Shown here piece after piece: positions 27,523 to 36,707 of a stretch of DNA of 52,302 nucleotides. The DNA lies in assembly GCA_029287875.1 (NCBI GenBank), contig JARFQH010000101.1, forward strand, positions 1 to 52,302, given 5' to 3'. A program made the translations under genes and the position numbers. How positions within the stretch are numbered: position 1 is the first letter of the stretch; every line of letters starts with the position of its first letter. The DNA is from Desulfobacteraceae bacterium. Its GTDB lineage: Bacteria; Desulfobacterota; Desulfobacteria; Desulfobacterales; SG8-13. The notes beneath the pieces are model-generated. The model saw only the letters and a program-made list of their open reading frames with translations, had not been told where the DNA came from and did no database searches.

Positions 27523-29336
27523 GTCGATTTCTCCGGTTGATCCTGCCGTTCGATCAGGGCGATAAAGGCCTCCTCCATGGTTTGCACGGGTTTCTCGCGT
27601 CCTTCGGCGGCCTTCCGCTTGATGTCGATCGGGCTGCCGATGGCCAGAATTTCCCCGGCTGCCATGATCGCCAACCGATCGCAGTATTCGGCTTCTTCCA
27701 TGAAATGGGTGGTTACCAGCACGGTGACGCCGGACGCCGCCAGCGAATTGATGTGACGCCAAAACTCCCGTCGCGCCATGGGATCAACCCCGGAGGTGGG
27801 CTCGTCCAGAAACAAGATGTCCGGGGCATGCATCAGGGCGGCCGCCAAGGCCAGCCGTTGCTTGAAACCGAGGGACAGCTCCCCGCTGACCGCATCAGCC
27901 AGTTCGGACAGTTCAAAACGGTTTAAGACCCAGTCGATCCTGTCGCCACGCTTCCGGCCCCTCAGTCCGTAAGCGCTGCTGAAGAACTGAAGATTCTGAC
28001 GCACGCTCAAGTTGCCGTAAAGTGAAAATTTCTGTGACATGTAGCCGATACGGGCCCGGGCCTTGGCCGCCGCGCGTCGCAAATCACGCCCGGCCACGCT
28101 CAGCTGCCCGTCGCTGACCGGCAGCAGCCCGCAGAGCATGCGAAAAGTCGTGGTCTTTCCGGCACCGTTGGCGCCCAGCAGTCCGAACACCTCGCCGTGA
28201 AACACATCAAAGGAAACGTTCTTGACGGCGTAAAAGTCGCCGAACCGGCGCCGGACATCGTCTACCCGGATGACGGCTTCATCTGCCGCCGGCGGCGACA
28301 CCCGGGTATCCACCTCCGCAGAGGGTTTCCAGTCGAGGGCATCGTCAGTACGGACGGCCTTGAGCATGGCGACGTAGCAGTCTTCGAACCGCGGAGGCAC
28401 TGCCGCGATGTCGACATCCGGCACGCTTGACAGCAGGATCGCCGCGTCCGGCGCTTCCATGTCTGCCATCACCAGGCGAACCGAGTCACCCTGAATAACG
28501 GCGTCCACTACTCCTTCGGCACCTGTCAGACGCTCCTGTAATTGGCGTTTCTTCAGACTGCCGGCGGTCACCGTGTAGGTCCGGCCTTTTTGCTTGGCTT
28601 TAAAATCACCCGGCGGACCCTGGCCGAGAATCCGGCCTTCATGGAGGATCACCACTTCGTCGCAGCGCTCGGCTTCGTCCAGGTATGCGGTGCTCAAGAG
28701 CACGCTCATCCCTTCGGTTTCCACCAACCGGTCGACGATGGACCAGAGTTCACGGCGCGATACCGGATCGACGCCAACCGTGGGTTCGTCCAACAACAGC
28801 AGGCGGGGTGGTCGTACCAACGTGCAGGCCAGACCGAGCTTCTGCTTCATGCCGCCGGACAGCCGCCCGGCCAACCGCGTGGTGAACGCGCCGAGATTGG
28901 TCATCCGGGTGAGCTCTGCATAGCGCCCGGGTCGGTCGGCCTTGACCACGCCTTGCAGGTCCGCATAAAGATCAAGATTCTCCTGAACGCTGAGATCTTC
29001 GTAAAGACCGAATCGTTGCGGCATATAACCGATGCTGGCCTGCACTTTCAACGGCTCGGAGATCGCATCGATATCGAGAACGGTGATAGCGCCGACCGCC
29101 GGTTTCAGCAGGCAGGCCGACAGGCGCATCAGGGTGGTCTTGCCGGCACCGTCCGGCCCGATCAAGCCGGTGATGCGACCGCGGGCGATGCAGATGCTGA
29201 CCTCCTGCAAAGCCGCTATGCGGCGTTTTCCTTGGAAGAAAAACTTGGATACCCCTTCGAATTCCAGGGCCGGCGGTTCCGTATCGGCGCTTTGAACCGG
29301 CACCCCTTCTTCTTTATTGACGGCCGCCGGCATCAT
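27519..29336 (-). CDS. Tandem-domain ABC transporter ATP-binding protein (YbhF-like)
   Basis: Two complete NBDs: GPDGAGKTT ... LSGGMKQK ... LLLDEPTVGVD and GANGAGKTT ... LSLGFKQR ... LFLDEPTSGVD. Confidence 0.9.
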   Translation of the reverse strand: MMPAAVNKEEGVPVQSADTEPPALEFEGVSKFFFQGKRRIAALQEVSICIARGRITGLIGPDGAGKTTLMRLSACLLKPAVGAITVLDIDAISEPLKVQASIGYMPQRFGLYEDLSVQENLDLYADLQGVVKADRPGRYAELTRMTNLGAFTTRLAGRLSGGMKQKLGLACTLVRPPRLLLLDEPTVGVDPVSRRELWSIVDRLVETEGMSVLLSTAYLDEAERCDEVVILHEGRILGQGPPGDFKAKQKGRTYTVTAGSLKKRQLQERLTGAEGVVDAVIQGDSVRLVMADMEAPDAAILLSSVPDVDIAAVPPRFEDCYVAMLKAVRTDDALDWKPSAEVDTRVSPPAADEAVIRVDDVRRRFGDFYAVKNVSFDVFHGEVFGLLGANGAGKTTTFRMLCGLLPVSDGQLSVAGRDLRRAAAKARARIGYMSQKFSLYGNLSVRQNLQFFSSAYGLRGRKRGDRIDWVLNRFELSELADAVSGELSLGFKQRLALAAALMHAPDILFLDEPTSGVDPMARREFWRHINSLAASGVTVLVTTHFMEEAEYCDRLAIMAAGEILAIGSPIDIKRKAAEGREKPVQTMEEAFIALIERQDQPEKST

Positions 29337-30379
29337 TCCTCCTTGCAGGGTGGAATGCTTTCGGCACCGGCCGACTGGCGGGGTTGGTCCAAAGGAATGA
29401 TAACGGTGGCAGGCATGCCGAGCCGAAGCTCGTTACGGGGGTTGCACACATAAACGCGCACCTGATAGACGAGCCGCGTTCTCAGTTCCGTGGTTTCCAC
29501 CGTTTTGGGGGTGAACTCGGCCATGGGTGAAATATACCCAATCCAAGCCGGATAGGTTTTGTCCGGAAAACTGTCGGTGACAACCTGGACGGCCATACCC
29601 GGAAACAGTTTGCCCAGATTTGTTTCCGGAACGTAGGCGCGAACCCAGACGGGGTCGATCAGGGCCAATGTAAAAACGGCTTTCTGCGGAGAAGCCATAT
29701 CGCCGGGTTCCAGAATGCGGTTTTGGATGCTTCCGTCGGACGGTGCGTAAAGGGAGGCATCGGCCAGCTTCTGGCCGGCCAACGCCAGCTCGGCCTCGAG
29801 GGCTTTCAGCTGCGACCTGGCCGCCGCAATGTCTTCCTTTCTGGGACCGGCCAGGGCCAGCTTCAACTCCTGCACAGTCGCCTGCAGCTGGGCCTGCGCG
29901 GCATCGGCTTTGGCCCTGGCCTGATCGATCTGCTCCGGGGCGATCAGGTTTTTCTCCGCCAGGGGTCGCAAGCGCCGGTAGGTTCGCTCGAGATCGTCGG
30001 CCTGGGCTCTGGCGGCCTCGACTTCGGCCCTTGCCCGCCTGATCTCCTCGACCCGGGTGCCGGCCTCCAGCTTGGCGATCTCGTCCCGCTGAGCCGCCAC
30101 CTGTGACGCGGCCCGATCCACATCGTGTTGGAGCCGAACGGTCTCTAGACCAGCCAGCAACTGTCCCTTTTTCACCGGCTCACCTTCTTGAACCATGATA
30201 TCGGCAATGCGTTCGCTGGCGTTAAAGGCCAGGTCCACCTGGCGAATATCCACGTTGCCATAAAGCACCAGTTCGTTTTTGTGTTCCTTTTGGTCTTGTA
30301 AAAAATGAACCCATAGCCCGGCGCCCACCGCCGCCAGGAGTATAAGGCCGACCACCAGCCGGATCACTTTTTTCTTCAT
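29333..30379 (-). CDS. HlyD-family membrane fusion protein (YbhG-like)
   Basis: N-terminal TM segment, coiled-coil Ala/Gln/Arg-rich hairpin and a beta-barrel C-terminus. ATGA overlap with the ATPase gene. Confidence 0.85.
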   Translation of the reverse strand: MKKKVIRLVVGLILLAAVGAGLWVHFLQDQKEHKNELVLYGNVDIRQVDLAFNASERIADIMVQEGEPVKKGQLLAGLETVRLQHDVDRAASQVAAQRDEIAKLEAGTRVEEIRRARAEVEAARAQADDLERTYRRLRPLAEKNLIAPEQIDQARAKADAAQAQLQATVQELKLALAGPRKEDIAAARSQLKALEAELALAGQKLADASLYAPSDGSIQNRILEPGDMASPQKAVFTLALIDPVWVRAYVPETNLGKLFPGMAVQVVTDSFPDKTYPAWIGYISPMAEFTPKTVETTELRTRLVYQVRVYVCNPRNELRLGMPATVIIPLDQPRQSAGAESIPPCKEE

Positions 30380-30569
30380 CGAAACCTCTGTCTACCTGAC
30401 TGAATATAAGAAAGACCGCACCGCGATGGCCCCAGTGGTCGGCCTCGACCAAATCTCATATAAATCGAAGCGTACAAATGCAAAACGCGTATTTGTCCCC
30501 GATTTTGACGCCGATTACAATAAAACAAATTTTGAACAGTTGACAAACAAAAATAGCTATTAGTCCATC

Positions 30570-30767
30570 TTGTGCATAGAAGACACCTCCTTGCTGGAGC
30601 TGTTGCGCTACATTCACCTGAACACCCTGCGGGCCTATCTATTAAAAGACCTATCGGCTCTGAATACGTATCCCAACACCGGGCATAGAATGCTAATGGG
30701 AATCGGAAAAAAGAATACGATGAAGTTGGCCAAGGTCCTATACATCAGCTGCAAAGTGTTCCTGTAG
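30570..30767 (+). pseudogene. Relic of an IS200/IS605-like (REP-associated tyrosine transposase type) gene
   Basis: DTSLLELLRYIHLNTLRAYLLKDLSALNTYPNTGHRMLMG matches only the conserved middle segment of Y1-transposase-like proteins. The HUH and catalytic Tyr regions are absent and there is no flanking coding sequence. Confidence 0.55.
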
Positions 30768-30935
30768 GAACACGACCGCTATAAGCATAGAATATAGAGG
30801 GGATGATGAAGAATAAAATGGTATATTCCGCAAATATTGGTTGCGACAATCTGCAGGGTGGGAATGCGCAATGGGAAGACCCAAAGTGAAGGGTGCAGCT
30901 ATACCACAGACTGGATCGAGTGTCAGGGTGTCGTT

Positions 30936-31394
30936 TCAGTTTCCGAATCTTCTGCGGATGGCCTCTTTTTCAGACGGCGACAGGTTGTTCCAATTGTCCA
31001 GCGCTCGCTGGAGCTGCCCGCGCTCGGCCGGGGAAAGTCGCTGCCATCTGTCGTTGAGGTCCTGAAGTTGTCGGCGGTTCTGCGGCGGCATCCGGTTCAA
31101 CTGCTTCATCCGACGCCGTAAGGTTTCTTTTTCCTGCGGTGTCAGCGACTGCCATTCCTGGTAATTTCTTTGAAAACTGCCGTTTTTTTTGTCGGCAATC
31201 AAAACCGGTACCTGGTCAATCTTTTCATTCTGGACCCTGAACCGGTGGACTTGGATATCCGCCTGGCGACCGTTTCGTGAGGTGCACCAGGCAAAAGAGG
31301 CTGATGCTAAAACGAGGATGGCGATAAGTGATAAGACGCCGCAGCAGCGGATCAAGCATCCCGCGCTTCTATGCAGAGCGCTCGTCGTGACCAT
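30936..31394 (-). CDS. DUF3106 domain protein, secreted
   Basis: Signal/TM segment, then repeated W-x-x-L-[ST]-P-x-E-[KR] units (QEWQSLTPQEKETLRRR, RWQRLSPAERGQL, NWNNLSPSEKEAIRRRF). Confidence 0.75.
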   Translation of the reverse strand: MVTTSALHRSAGCLIRCCGVLSLIAILVLASASFAWCTSRNGRQADIQVHRFRVQNEKIDQVPVLIADKKNGSFQRNYQEWQSLTPQEKETLRRRMKQLNRMPPQNRRQLQDLNDRWQRLSPAERGQLQRALDNWNNLSPSEKEAIRRRFGN

Positions 31395-31944
31395 ACCGGA
31401 TGTCCCCCTGCGTTCCCTGGTTATGTGTTTCGGAAGGATTCCGGCCGGCGGAATCGTCGACCACTTGGCTGAGCCTTTCCAGGGTATTGAAGTTTTTCAG
31501 CAGGTCCAGGTTTTTGACAATTTCTTCCTCATTTTCCGGTAATTTCTGCGAAATGTCAATTCTTTGGGCCACCGGTTGATCGATCGTGCCGGACCGTTTG
31601 TCGCCGAAATAGACCGCCACGAGGACAAGGACGCAGGCGGTCGCAAAGGCCGGAATCCACAGCGCCCGTTTTTCCTTGACGGGCTGCCGCCAGCCCCCCG
31701 GAGGGCGAAAGACGGCCAAACGGTCCTGCACCTTTCGGATCATTGCGGTGGAATCCTGCATCGACAGCGGCGGCGGCGCCATCGCTTGCCTGACCTGGCC
31801 GAGCATGGCCGTCAGATTTTCTTTTTCCCGACGGCAATCCGCACAGGTTCTCAGGTGGTCTTCCCAGGCTGAGCGCGCACCGGCGTCCAGTTCACCATAA
31901 ACATCGAGCATAACCTGTTCATTTCGACCAGTACAATCCGGCAT
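31369..31944 (-). CDS. Anti-sigma factor (zf-HC2 type), single-pass membrane protein
   Basis: The N-terminal HLRTCADCRRE motif matches H-x3-C-x2-C. Central TM segment IPAFATACVLVLVAVYF. GGGAGGGGG SD. Immediately follows the ECF sigma gene. Confidence 0.8.
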   Translation of the reverse strand: MPDCTGRNEQVMLDVYGELDAGARSAWEDHLRTCADCRREKENLTAMLGQVRQAMAPPPLSMQDSTAMIRKVQDRLAVFRPPGGWRQPVKEKRALWIPAFATACVLVLVAVYFGDKRSGTIDQPVAQRIDISQKLPENEEEIVKNLDLLKNFNTLERLSQVVDDSAGRNPSETHNQGTQGDIRYGHDERSA

Positions 31945-31960
31945 GCTACCCCCTCCCCAA

Positions 31961-32647
31961 TCAACGCCCGGCCCAATCGGCCAGGGCGCCTCTCATGATC
32001 CGTGTCGCCCGGAACAGGTGACTCTTCACGGTTCCTTCGGCCAGTCCCATCGTTCGGGCAATCTCGGCTATCCGCATTTCTTCGAAAACCTTCAGGTTGA
32101 ATATCATTCGCTGCCTGTCGGACAAGAGTGACATGGCACCGCGAACGTCCCGCTGCAACTCACGCGCGTCGACGACCGCGCCCGGGTTGGCGCTCGGTTC
32201 GGAACTGGCAACTTCTGCGAGGGTTTCGGACGGCTCGCGAGTGTCTTTTGAATTCGGCCTCCGAAAGAAAAACAACCGCCGCCAGCGCTTGCGGCGCCTG
32301 ATCGAGTCCAAGCAAGTGTTGATCAAAATACGATAAAACCATGTATAAAAGGAGGATTTGCCTTCAAACCCATCGATTTTGCGGAGAGCGGTCAAGAACG
32401 CGTCCTGGGTGAGGTCCAGAGCTTCTTCCCGGTCCCCCGAGAGCATTCGAAAGGCGACCGCAAAGGCCTTTTCCTGGTAGCGCCGGATCAGCTCGTCGGA
32501 GGCCTGCCGATCCCCCTTTTTCAATCGTTCTACCAAAAGAGCATCAGGCTCTGCCGCAGAAGCGGGCGATGTCGATGGTGATTCCGAAGTGCCCCTTTCT
32601 GAAGGTCGTTTTCGATCGGCCGGCGCGGCTCCTTTTCTCGATGCCAT
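31961..32647 (-). CDS. ECF-type RNA polymerase sigma-70 factor
   Basis: Region 2 (YQEKAFAVAFRMLSGDREEALDLTQDAFL) and region 4 (LSDRQRMIFNLKVFEEMRIAEIARTMGLAEGTVKSHL). The ATG at 32647 is preceded by GAGGA; the ORF is open to 32749. Confidence 0.85.
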   Translation of the reverse strand: MASRKGAAPADRKRPSERGTSESPSTSPASAAEPDALLVERLKKGDRQASDELIRRYQEKAFAVAFRMLSGDREEALDLTQDAFLTALRKIDGFEGKSSFYTWFYRILINTCLDSIRRRKRWRRLFFFRRPNSKDTREPSETLAEVASSEPSANPGAVVDARELQRDVRGAMSLLSDRQRMIFNLKVFEEMRIAEIARTMGLAEGTVKSHLFRATRIMRGALADWAGR

Positions 32648-32749
32648 AATTTCCTCTGAGCGGCGTCCCCAACCGGCGCCCCCTAACGGGGAGGAACCGG
32701 CCGGCCATACATCCGACATCTCCCCGCCGTATCCGCACCAGGGAATCAT

Positions 32750-33226
32750 TTATCGGCCGTGGGTGGAGAACCCGAAAGCCCCACCGGGAAAAGCCCATAC
32801 GCTATATAAAGTGTAACCGCTGCAAGGCCGGTAAGACCGTTGGGGGGTGTGCCCGTATCCGTATACCGGTCCGGAATAACGCTGGCGGTTTTGCCGGTAA
32901 TGCCGATGCCGATTATAGCCGTTGTGTCGGTCGCGGTAAATAGAGCCGCTGGCCCGGTCCTGCATATGGTTCAGACGACGGCCCTCTTTGCGGCTCAGGT
33001 TGCCGTCTCTCAGTGCGTGATTCCTGTATTTCTTGACGCTTCGCTGCTGACGTGCCAGGTGAGTGAACTCCCTCTTTGTTATCTCGCCCTTTCTGACACC
33101 TTGGTGGATTCTGTTCTTCTGATTATTCTGCCGGTGCTGGAATCGGTCGCCGGCAAAAGACGCGTTCGCGAATATAATAACCAAGGAAACAGCCATCAGA
33201 AACGTTTTAACCAGATGTGAATTCAT
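32750..33226 (-). CDS. Secreted, highly basic Arg/His/Tyr/Asn-rich protein of unknown function
   Basis: Signal peptide MNSHLVKTFLMAVSLVIIFANASFAG and AAAGGAGAG SD. Low-complexity basic body (RHNGYNRHRHYRQNRQRY). First gene of the ECF operon. Confidence 0.6.
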   Translation of the reverse strand: MNSHLVKTFLMAVSLVIIFANASFAGDRFQHRQNNQKNRIHQGVRKGEITKREFTHLARQQRSVKKYRNHALRDGNLSRKEGRRLNHMQDRASGSIYRDRHNGYNRHRHYRQNRQRYSGPVYGYGHTPQRSYRPCSGYTLYSVWAFPGGAFGFSTHGR

Positions 33227-33259
33227 GGGTCGCTCTCCTTTCCGTCTCGTGTTGTCTGG

Positions 33260-33289
33260 TTAGACGCCACTATAGCCGGAAAGGTTTAC
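33260..33289 (-). promoter_or_regulatory. Possible ECF-type promoter GTAAAC-N17-CGTCTAA
   Basis: On the minus strand, AAC is followed 17 nt later by CGTC, the general ECF AAC/CGT pattern, about 35 nt upstream of the first gene of the sigma operon. Confidence 0.3.
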
Positions 33290-33521
33290 CCGGACTCCAA
33301 TGGTTTTATGCCCGGAGGTCAAAATGTGTCGATCCACGGTTTTATTGAGAGCTCAGGTGAGTTTCCAATCCAGAAATGTGCGATTTTCTGCAAGTTCAAG
33401 AATATTAAGGATTTGCGAGGTGGCCGACTCCTGCAGGCCCCACAAGCGATTCCGCAGACCTGTCGTGCCGACGACATGATTGACACAGAATTTGCGGAAA
33501 AGAGCCCTTTGGGGGCGGAAA

Positions 33522-34532
33522 CTAATTGAAAAGTTTCAAATATTCGCCATACCCTTCTTTCTCCAGATCCTCCTTGGGGATAAACCGCAGCGAAGCGGAA
33601 TTGATGCAGTAACGCAGTCCAGTGGGATGGGGACCGTCGGGAAATACATGCCCCAGGTGAGAGTCACCGTGCCGGCTGCGGACCTCGGTCCGCGTCATGA
33701 AAAAACTGCGGTCCTTTTTTTCGACGACGTGGTTCGGTTCGAGGGGCCTGATGAAGCTCGGCCAACCGGTACCGGATTCGAACTTGTCGGATGAGCTGAA
33801 CAGCGGTTCCCCGGATACGATATCCACATAGATACCCGGCTTGTGGTTGTCCCAGAATTCGTTCTTGAAAGACGGCTCGGTGGCGTCTTTGCGGGTCACT
33901 TTATACTGCATTGGCGTCAGCTTTCGTTGCAGTTCCTCATCGTCGGGTTTGGTATAGCTCTTCGCCTGGTCCGGTTTTTTCGCAGCTGTTGCATCATCAC
34001 CCCAGATTTTTTCGATGAACTGGTCCCGGCCGGAAGCGTGACGGTAAGCCTTGTAGCGCACGGGGCTCTTTTTGAAATAATCCTGATGGTAGTCCTCTGC
34101 CTTGTAGAATGTGGTCAGCGGAATAATAGGGGTAACGACCGCTCTGCTGAAACGCCCCGAACGGGCCAGTTCCGATTTGGAAGCCTCTGCCTGCCGCTTC
34201 TGTTCCTCATTGTGATAAAAAATGGCCGTCCGGTATTGTGGTCCCCGGTCGACAAACTGCCCGCCGTTATCGGTGGGGTCGACATGCCGCCAGTAAGCGT
34301 CCAGCAGTTCCCGGTAGGTCACCTTTTCAGGATCGTATAAAACCTGGACCGCTTCGTAATGCCCCGTACTGCCTGAAGATACCTCCTGATAAGTCGGGTT
34401 TGCTTTGGAACCTCCAGTGTACCCGGATATCACCTCGACGACACCGTGGAGCTTTACTAAGTCAGACTCCGAGCACCAGAAGCAGCCACCGGCGAAGGTC
34501 GCCGTCTCAAGATGTTTGAATGATGGGTCCAT
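33522..34532 (-). CDS. msrAB: Bifunctional methionine sulfoxide reductase MsrA/MsrB
   Basis: MsrA active site GGCFWC near the N-terminus. MsrB motifs (GWPSF, HLGHVF, RYCINS) in the C-terminal half. Confidence 0.9.
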   Translation of the reverse strand: MDPSFKHLETATFAGGCFWCSESDLVKLHGVVEVISGYTGGSKANPTYQEVSSGSTGHYEAVQVLYDPEKVTYRELLDAYWRHVDPTDNGGQFVDRGPQYRTAIFYHNEEQKRQAEASKSELARSGRFSRAVVTPIIPLTTFYKAEDYHQDYFKKSPVRYKAYRHASGRDQFIEKIWGDDATAAKKPDQAKSYTKPDDEELQRKLTPMQYKVTRKDATEPSFKNEFWDNHKPGIYVDIVSGEPLFSSSDKFESGTGWPSFIRPLEPNHVVEKKDRSFFMTRTEVRSRHGDSHLGHVFPDGPHPTGLRYCINSASLRFIPKEDLEKEGYGEYLKLFN

Positions 34533-34569
34533 GCCTCGTCTTCCTATGTTGGTGTTAAACGTTCATTTC

Positions 34570-34677
34570 GTAAGCGTTCACAGGGCACCGCATCTGCTTT
34601 GTTGTCGGGCACTTGAAGTACAAAAGTACGTCTGTGCGCCCTACGCCTTGCATCTGCGGCACCCTGTAAACGCTTAC
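34570..34677 (-). repeat. Long imperfect hairpin (28-nt arms) in the msrAB 5-prime region
   Basis: gtaagcgttcacagggcaccgcatctgc (34570-34597) pairs with gcatctgcggcaccctgtaaacgcttac (34650-34677). 23 of 28 positions are Watson-Crick, and 3 of the 5 mismatches are G-U on the minus strand. Confidence 0.7.
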
Positions 34678-34734
34678 AATTAGGTTGTTTGAAGCGCATC
34701 GGACTTTGAAACCCTGTGGATGGTTACTTCATTT

Positions 34735-35676
34735 CTATTTTCGTGTTGAACCTGAACGAACCGCCGCCACAACGCTTCGGATAGCGGCAGGATTGGTCCA
34801 GGTGTCGATACTGCAACCGTTGGCGATAAAGAACCGGTCTTTTCCTCCCAGCCGAAGCCCTTCGTGCACATGATCTGTCAAAAAGGCCGTGCTGTTGCGC
34901 GCCACGATGGTCTGATCGATGCCGCCCATTACGCAAGCATCTGTCTTCTGCTTCACCTCTGCCAAGGAAGGGCCATTCGGTCCGCGATCCCACCAGTTGA
35001 AAATGGGTACCGGAAAATCGAGGCAGTCGTCAAAATAAAGATCCTGACCGTGAATGTGGGCCGTGTTCATTTTCCCCATACCTGCTATTGCAGCGAAGAC
35101 TTTTAACGCCGGCGGTTTGACAAACTTTAAGAATTCCCCGCGGGAGACAATTTCAGCCCCTGCCGGCACCGACATGAAGATGCCGGCCGAACCGAGGGCA
35201 AGCGATTTTCTGCAATAGACAATCAGGTTGTTGGCCACCACCTCCAGGGCGTCCAGCAACACCGCGGGCGCCTCGTCCATTAGCGCCTGCATGTTTTCTC
35301 CGGCCATGCTGCGCCGGATGGTCTGCCAGGGATCGAAAACGGTATCGATGAAAAAGGCGCGGTCTCGCAGCTCTTTCGCGATCACTTCCAAGGCCCGGAA
35401 CTGTTGGGCCCACTCGGTTTGTTCCAACTTCAGCGGCCTTAAATGTCTCAGGTCCGCCGCCGTTTTGATCGTCTCCATTCCAAAAGGCGACGGATAAAAA
35501 TAGTCGTTCATGACCTTGAGAAAATCGAGATCATAGTGTTTGTAGTACTCCAGGCTCAACCGAGCAAACTGTTCTCCCGAACCGTGTTGGACCCCGAAGT
35601 GGTACCACAGTGACAGCGGCGGCCGGTCCGGTGCGCGGCCGCTCAACACCGCTTCGACGCGCTCGATCTTGTTCAC
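34735..35676 (-). CDS. Uroporphyrinogen decarboxylase (URO-D) family protein, MtaA/CmuA-like methyltransferase subgroup
   Basis: The N-terminus MNKIERVEAVLSGRAPDRPPLSLWYHFG and overall length fit the URO-D superfamily. GTG start overlaps the cupin TAG stop by 1 nt, with AAGGAGAG SD. Confidence 0.65.
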   Translation of the reverse strand: MNKIERVEAVLSGRAPDRPPLSLWYHFGVQHGSGEQFARLSLEYYKHYDLDFLKVMNDYFYPSPFGMETIKTAADLRHLRPLKLEQTEWAQQFRALEVIAKELRDRAFFIDTVFDPWQTIRRSMAGENMQALMDEAPAVLLDALEVVANNLIVYCRKSLALGSAGIFMSVPAGAEIVSRGEFLKFVKPPALKVFAAIAGMGKMNTAHIHGQDLYFDDCLDFPVPIFNWWDRGPNGPSLAEVKQKTDACVMGGIDQTIVARNSTAFLTDHVHEGLRLGGKDRFFIANGCSIDTWTNPAAIRSVVAAVRSGSTRK

Positions 35677-36092
35677 TATAAACTCTCCTTGTCATAGACG
35701 TTGCAGATGCAGCACAAAAAGGTGGCCGGCTCGGTGTCGCTGATGTTTCTCATCCCGTGCGGCTCCATGCTCGGTAAATAGATGACATCACCTGGTCCGC
35801 AGACCATGCTTTTCAGCGGTTTGTCGGTCTCAGGATCGTATTGGTAACACTCGAACCGTCCACTGAGGATGTACATGGTCTGTTGATAGAAATGGTTGTG
35901 AATGGGGATTTCACCGCCGGGCTGGGCCGTGAAGTACCGCAGGCCGTACTCCGGGTAGCCCATGCCGTCCTCGCCGGCCTTCGATAGCCAGCGCACGCTG
36001 ATCCCCTTTACATCGTGCTGTTTTCCCCGGTAGGGAAATTTGTCTATTTTGACGTCCTCGCGGTCTTTCCAGTTCAATACGTCCATGATCAT
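35676..36092 (-). CDS. Cupin domain protein
   Basis: 138 aa. GGEIPIHNH ... (cupin motif 1) and GDVIYLPSMEPHGMRN (motif 2). Confidence 0.75.
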   Translation of the reverse strand: MIMDVLNWKDREDVKIDKFPYRGKQHDVKGISVRWLSKAGEDGMGYPEYGLRYFTAQPGGEIPIHNHFYQQTMYILSGRFECYQYDPETDKPLKSMVCGPGDVIYLPSMEPHGMRNISDTEPATFLCCICNVYDKESL

Positions 36093-36707
36093 CTTCCTTT
36101 GTTTGCCGACTTATTTTGTTCTCAAAGAAGCGCTTTGTGATATTGTAGGCGTTAGGTGGCATATTCAATTCATTAGTGTAATATAGTGCGCTCACTTTAA
36201 GCGTCAAGCCACGACCCCCCTTGACGACTCGTGGTGCCGATGACAGGAAGCTACACGGAGTGCATCCTTACCGAAAAATAAAGAGGTAATATCAATAATC
36301 GAGATCAACCCGTGACTTCATTTCGTGAAATTGAACAATTCTGATAATCCAAACGTAGTAAGCTCATTCGGTTTGGATCGAATAACAATGAACCCGCATT
36401 AAATCACTGATTTTGTCCTGCATCTTACGGTTTTTTATTGTTGACATGACCGGTATGATCAAGTTTCATTGATACAGGTCATCCAACTTTGTCACATTCG
36501 GTATCTGTATGATATTAAAAAAGAGCTGTTCGAAACCATGAAGCGCCGCTACCTATCGGAGGAACCTCGATTGTGACAGCCATTCGCCCCGTCGCGAATC
36601 AATCCTTGCTTGTGGTAAGATCGGATGATAAAATGGTCTCAAAAGTGTTTGGAGTGTCGTTCATTCCTGTAAAGCCCAAATTTATGTTACTTCTGTCTGC
36701 ATCTTAG

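Noticed and set aside
27523-27762. N-terminal 80-codon extension of the ABC-2 permease ORF (ORF open to 27762)
   Set aside because: The extension overlaps the 3-prime end of the ATPase gene and encodes Arg/Gly/His-rich non-protein-like sequence. The internal ATG at 27522 gives a classic ATGA stop-start overlap and the expected N-terminus.
30570-30767. Active IS200/IS605-type mobile element
   Set aside because: Only a central fragment of the transposase-like protein is encoded. There is no HUH or catalytic Tyr region, no tnpB and no recognisable element ends. It is called a relic instead.
33522-34532. Checked whether MsrA/MsrB might be a selenoprotein (in-frame TGA plus SECIS), as occurs in some anaerobes
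   Set aside because: The ORF is uninterrupted and the catalytic positions are Cys (GGCFWC; RYCINS). No in-frame TGA is involved.
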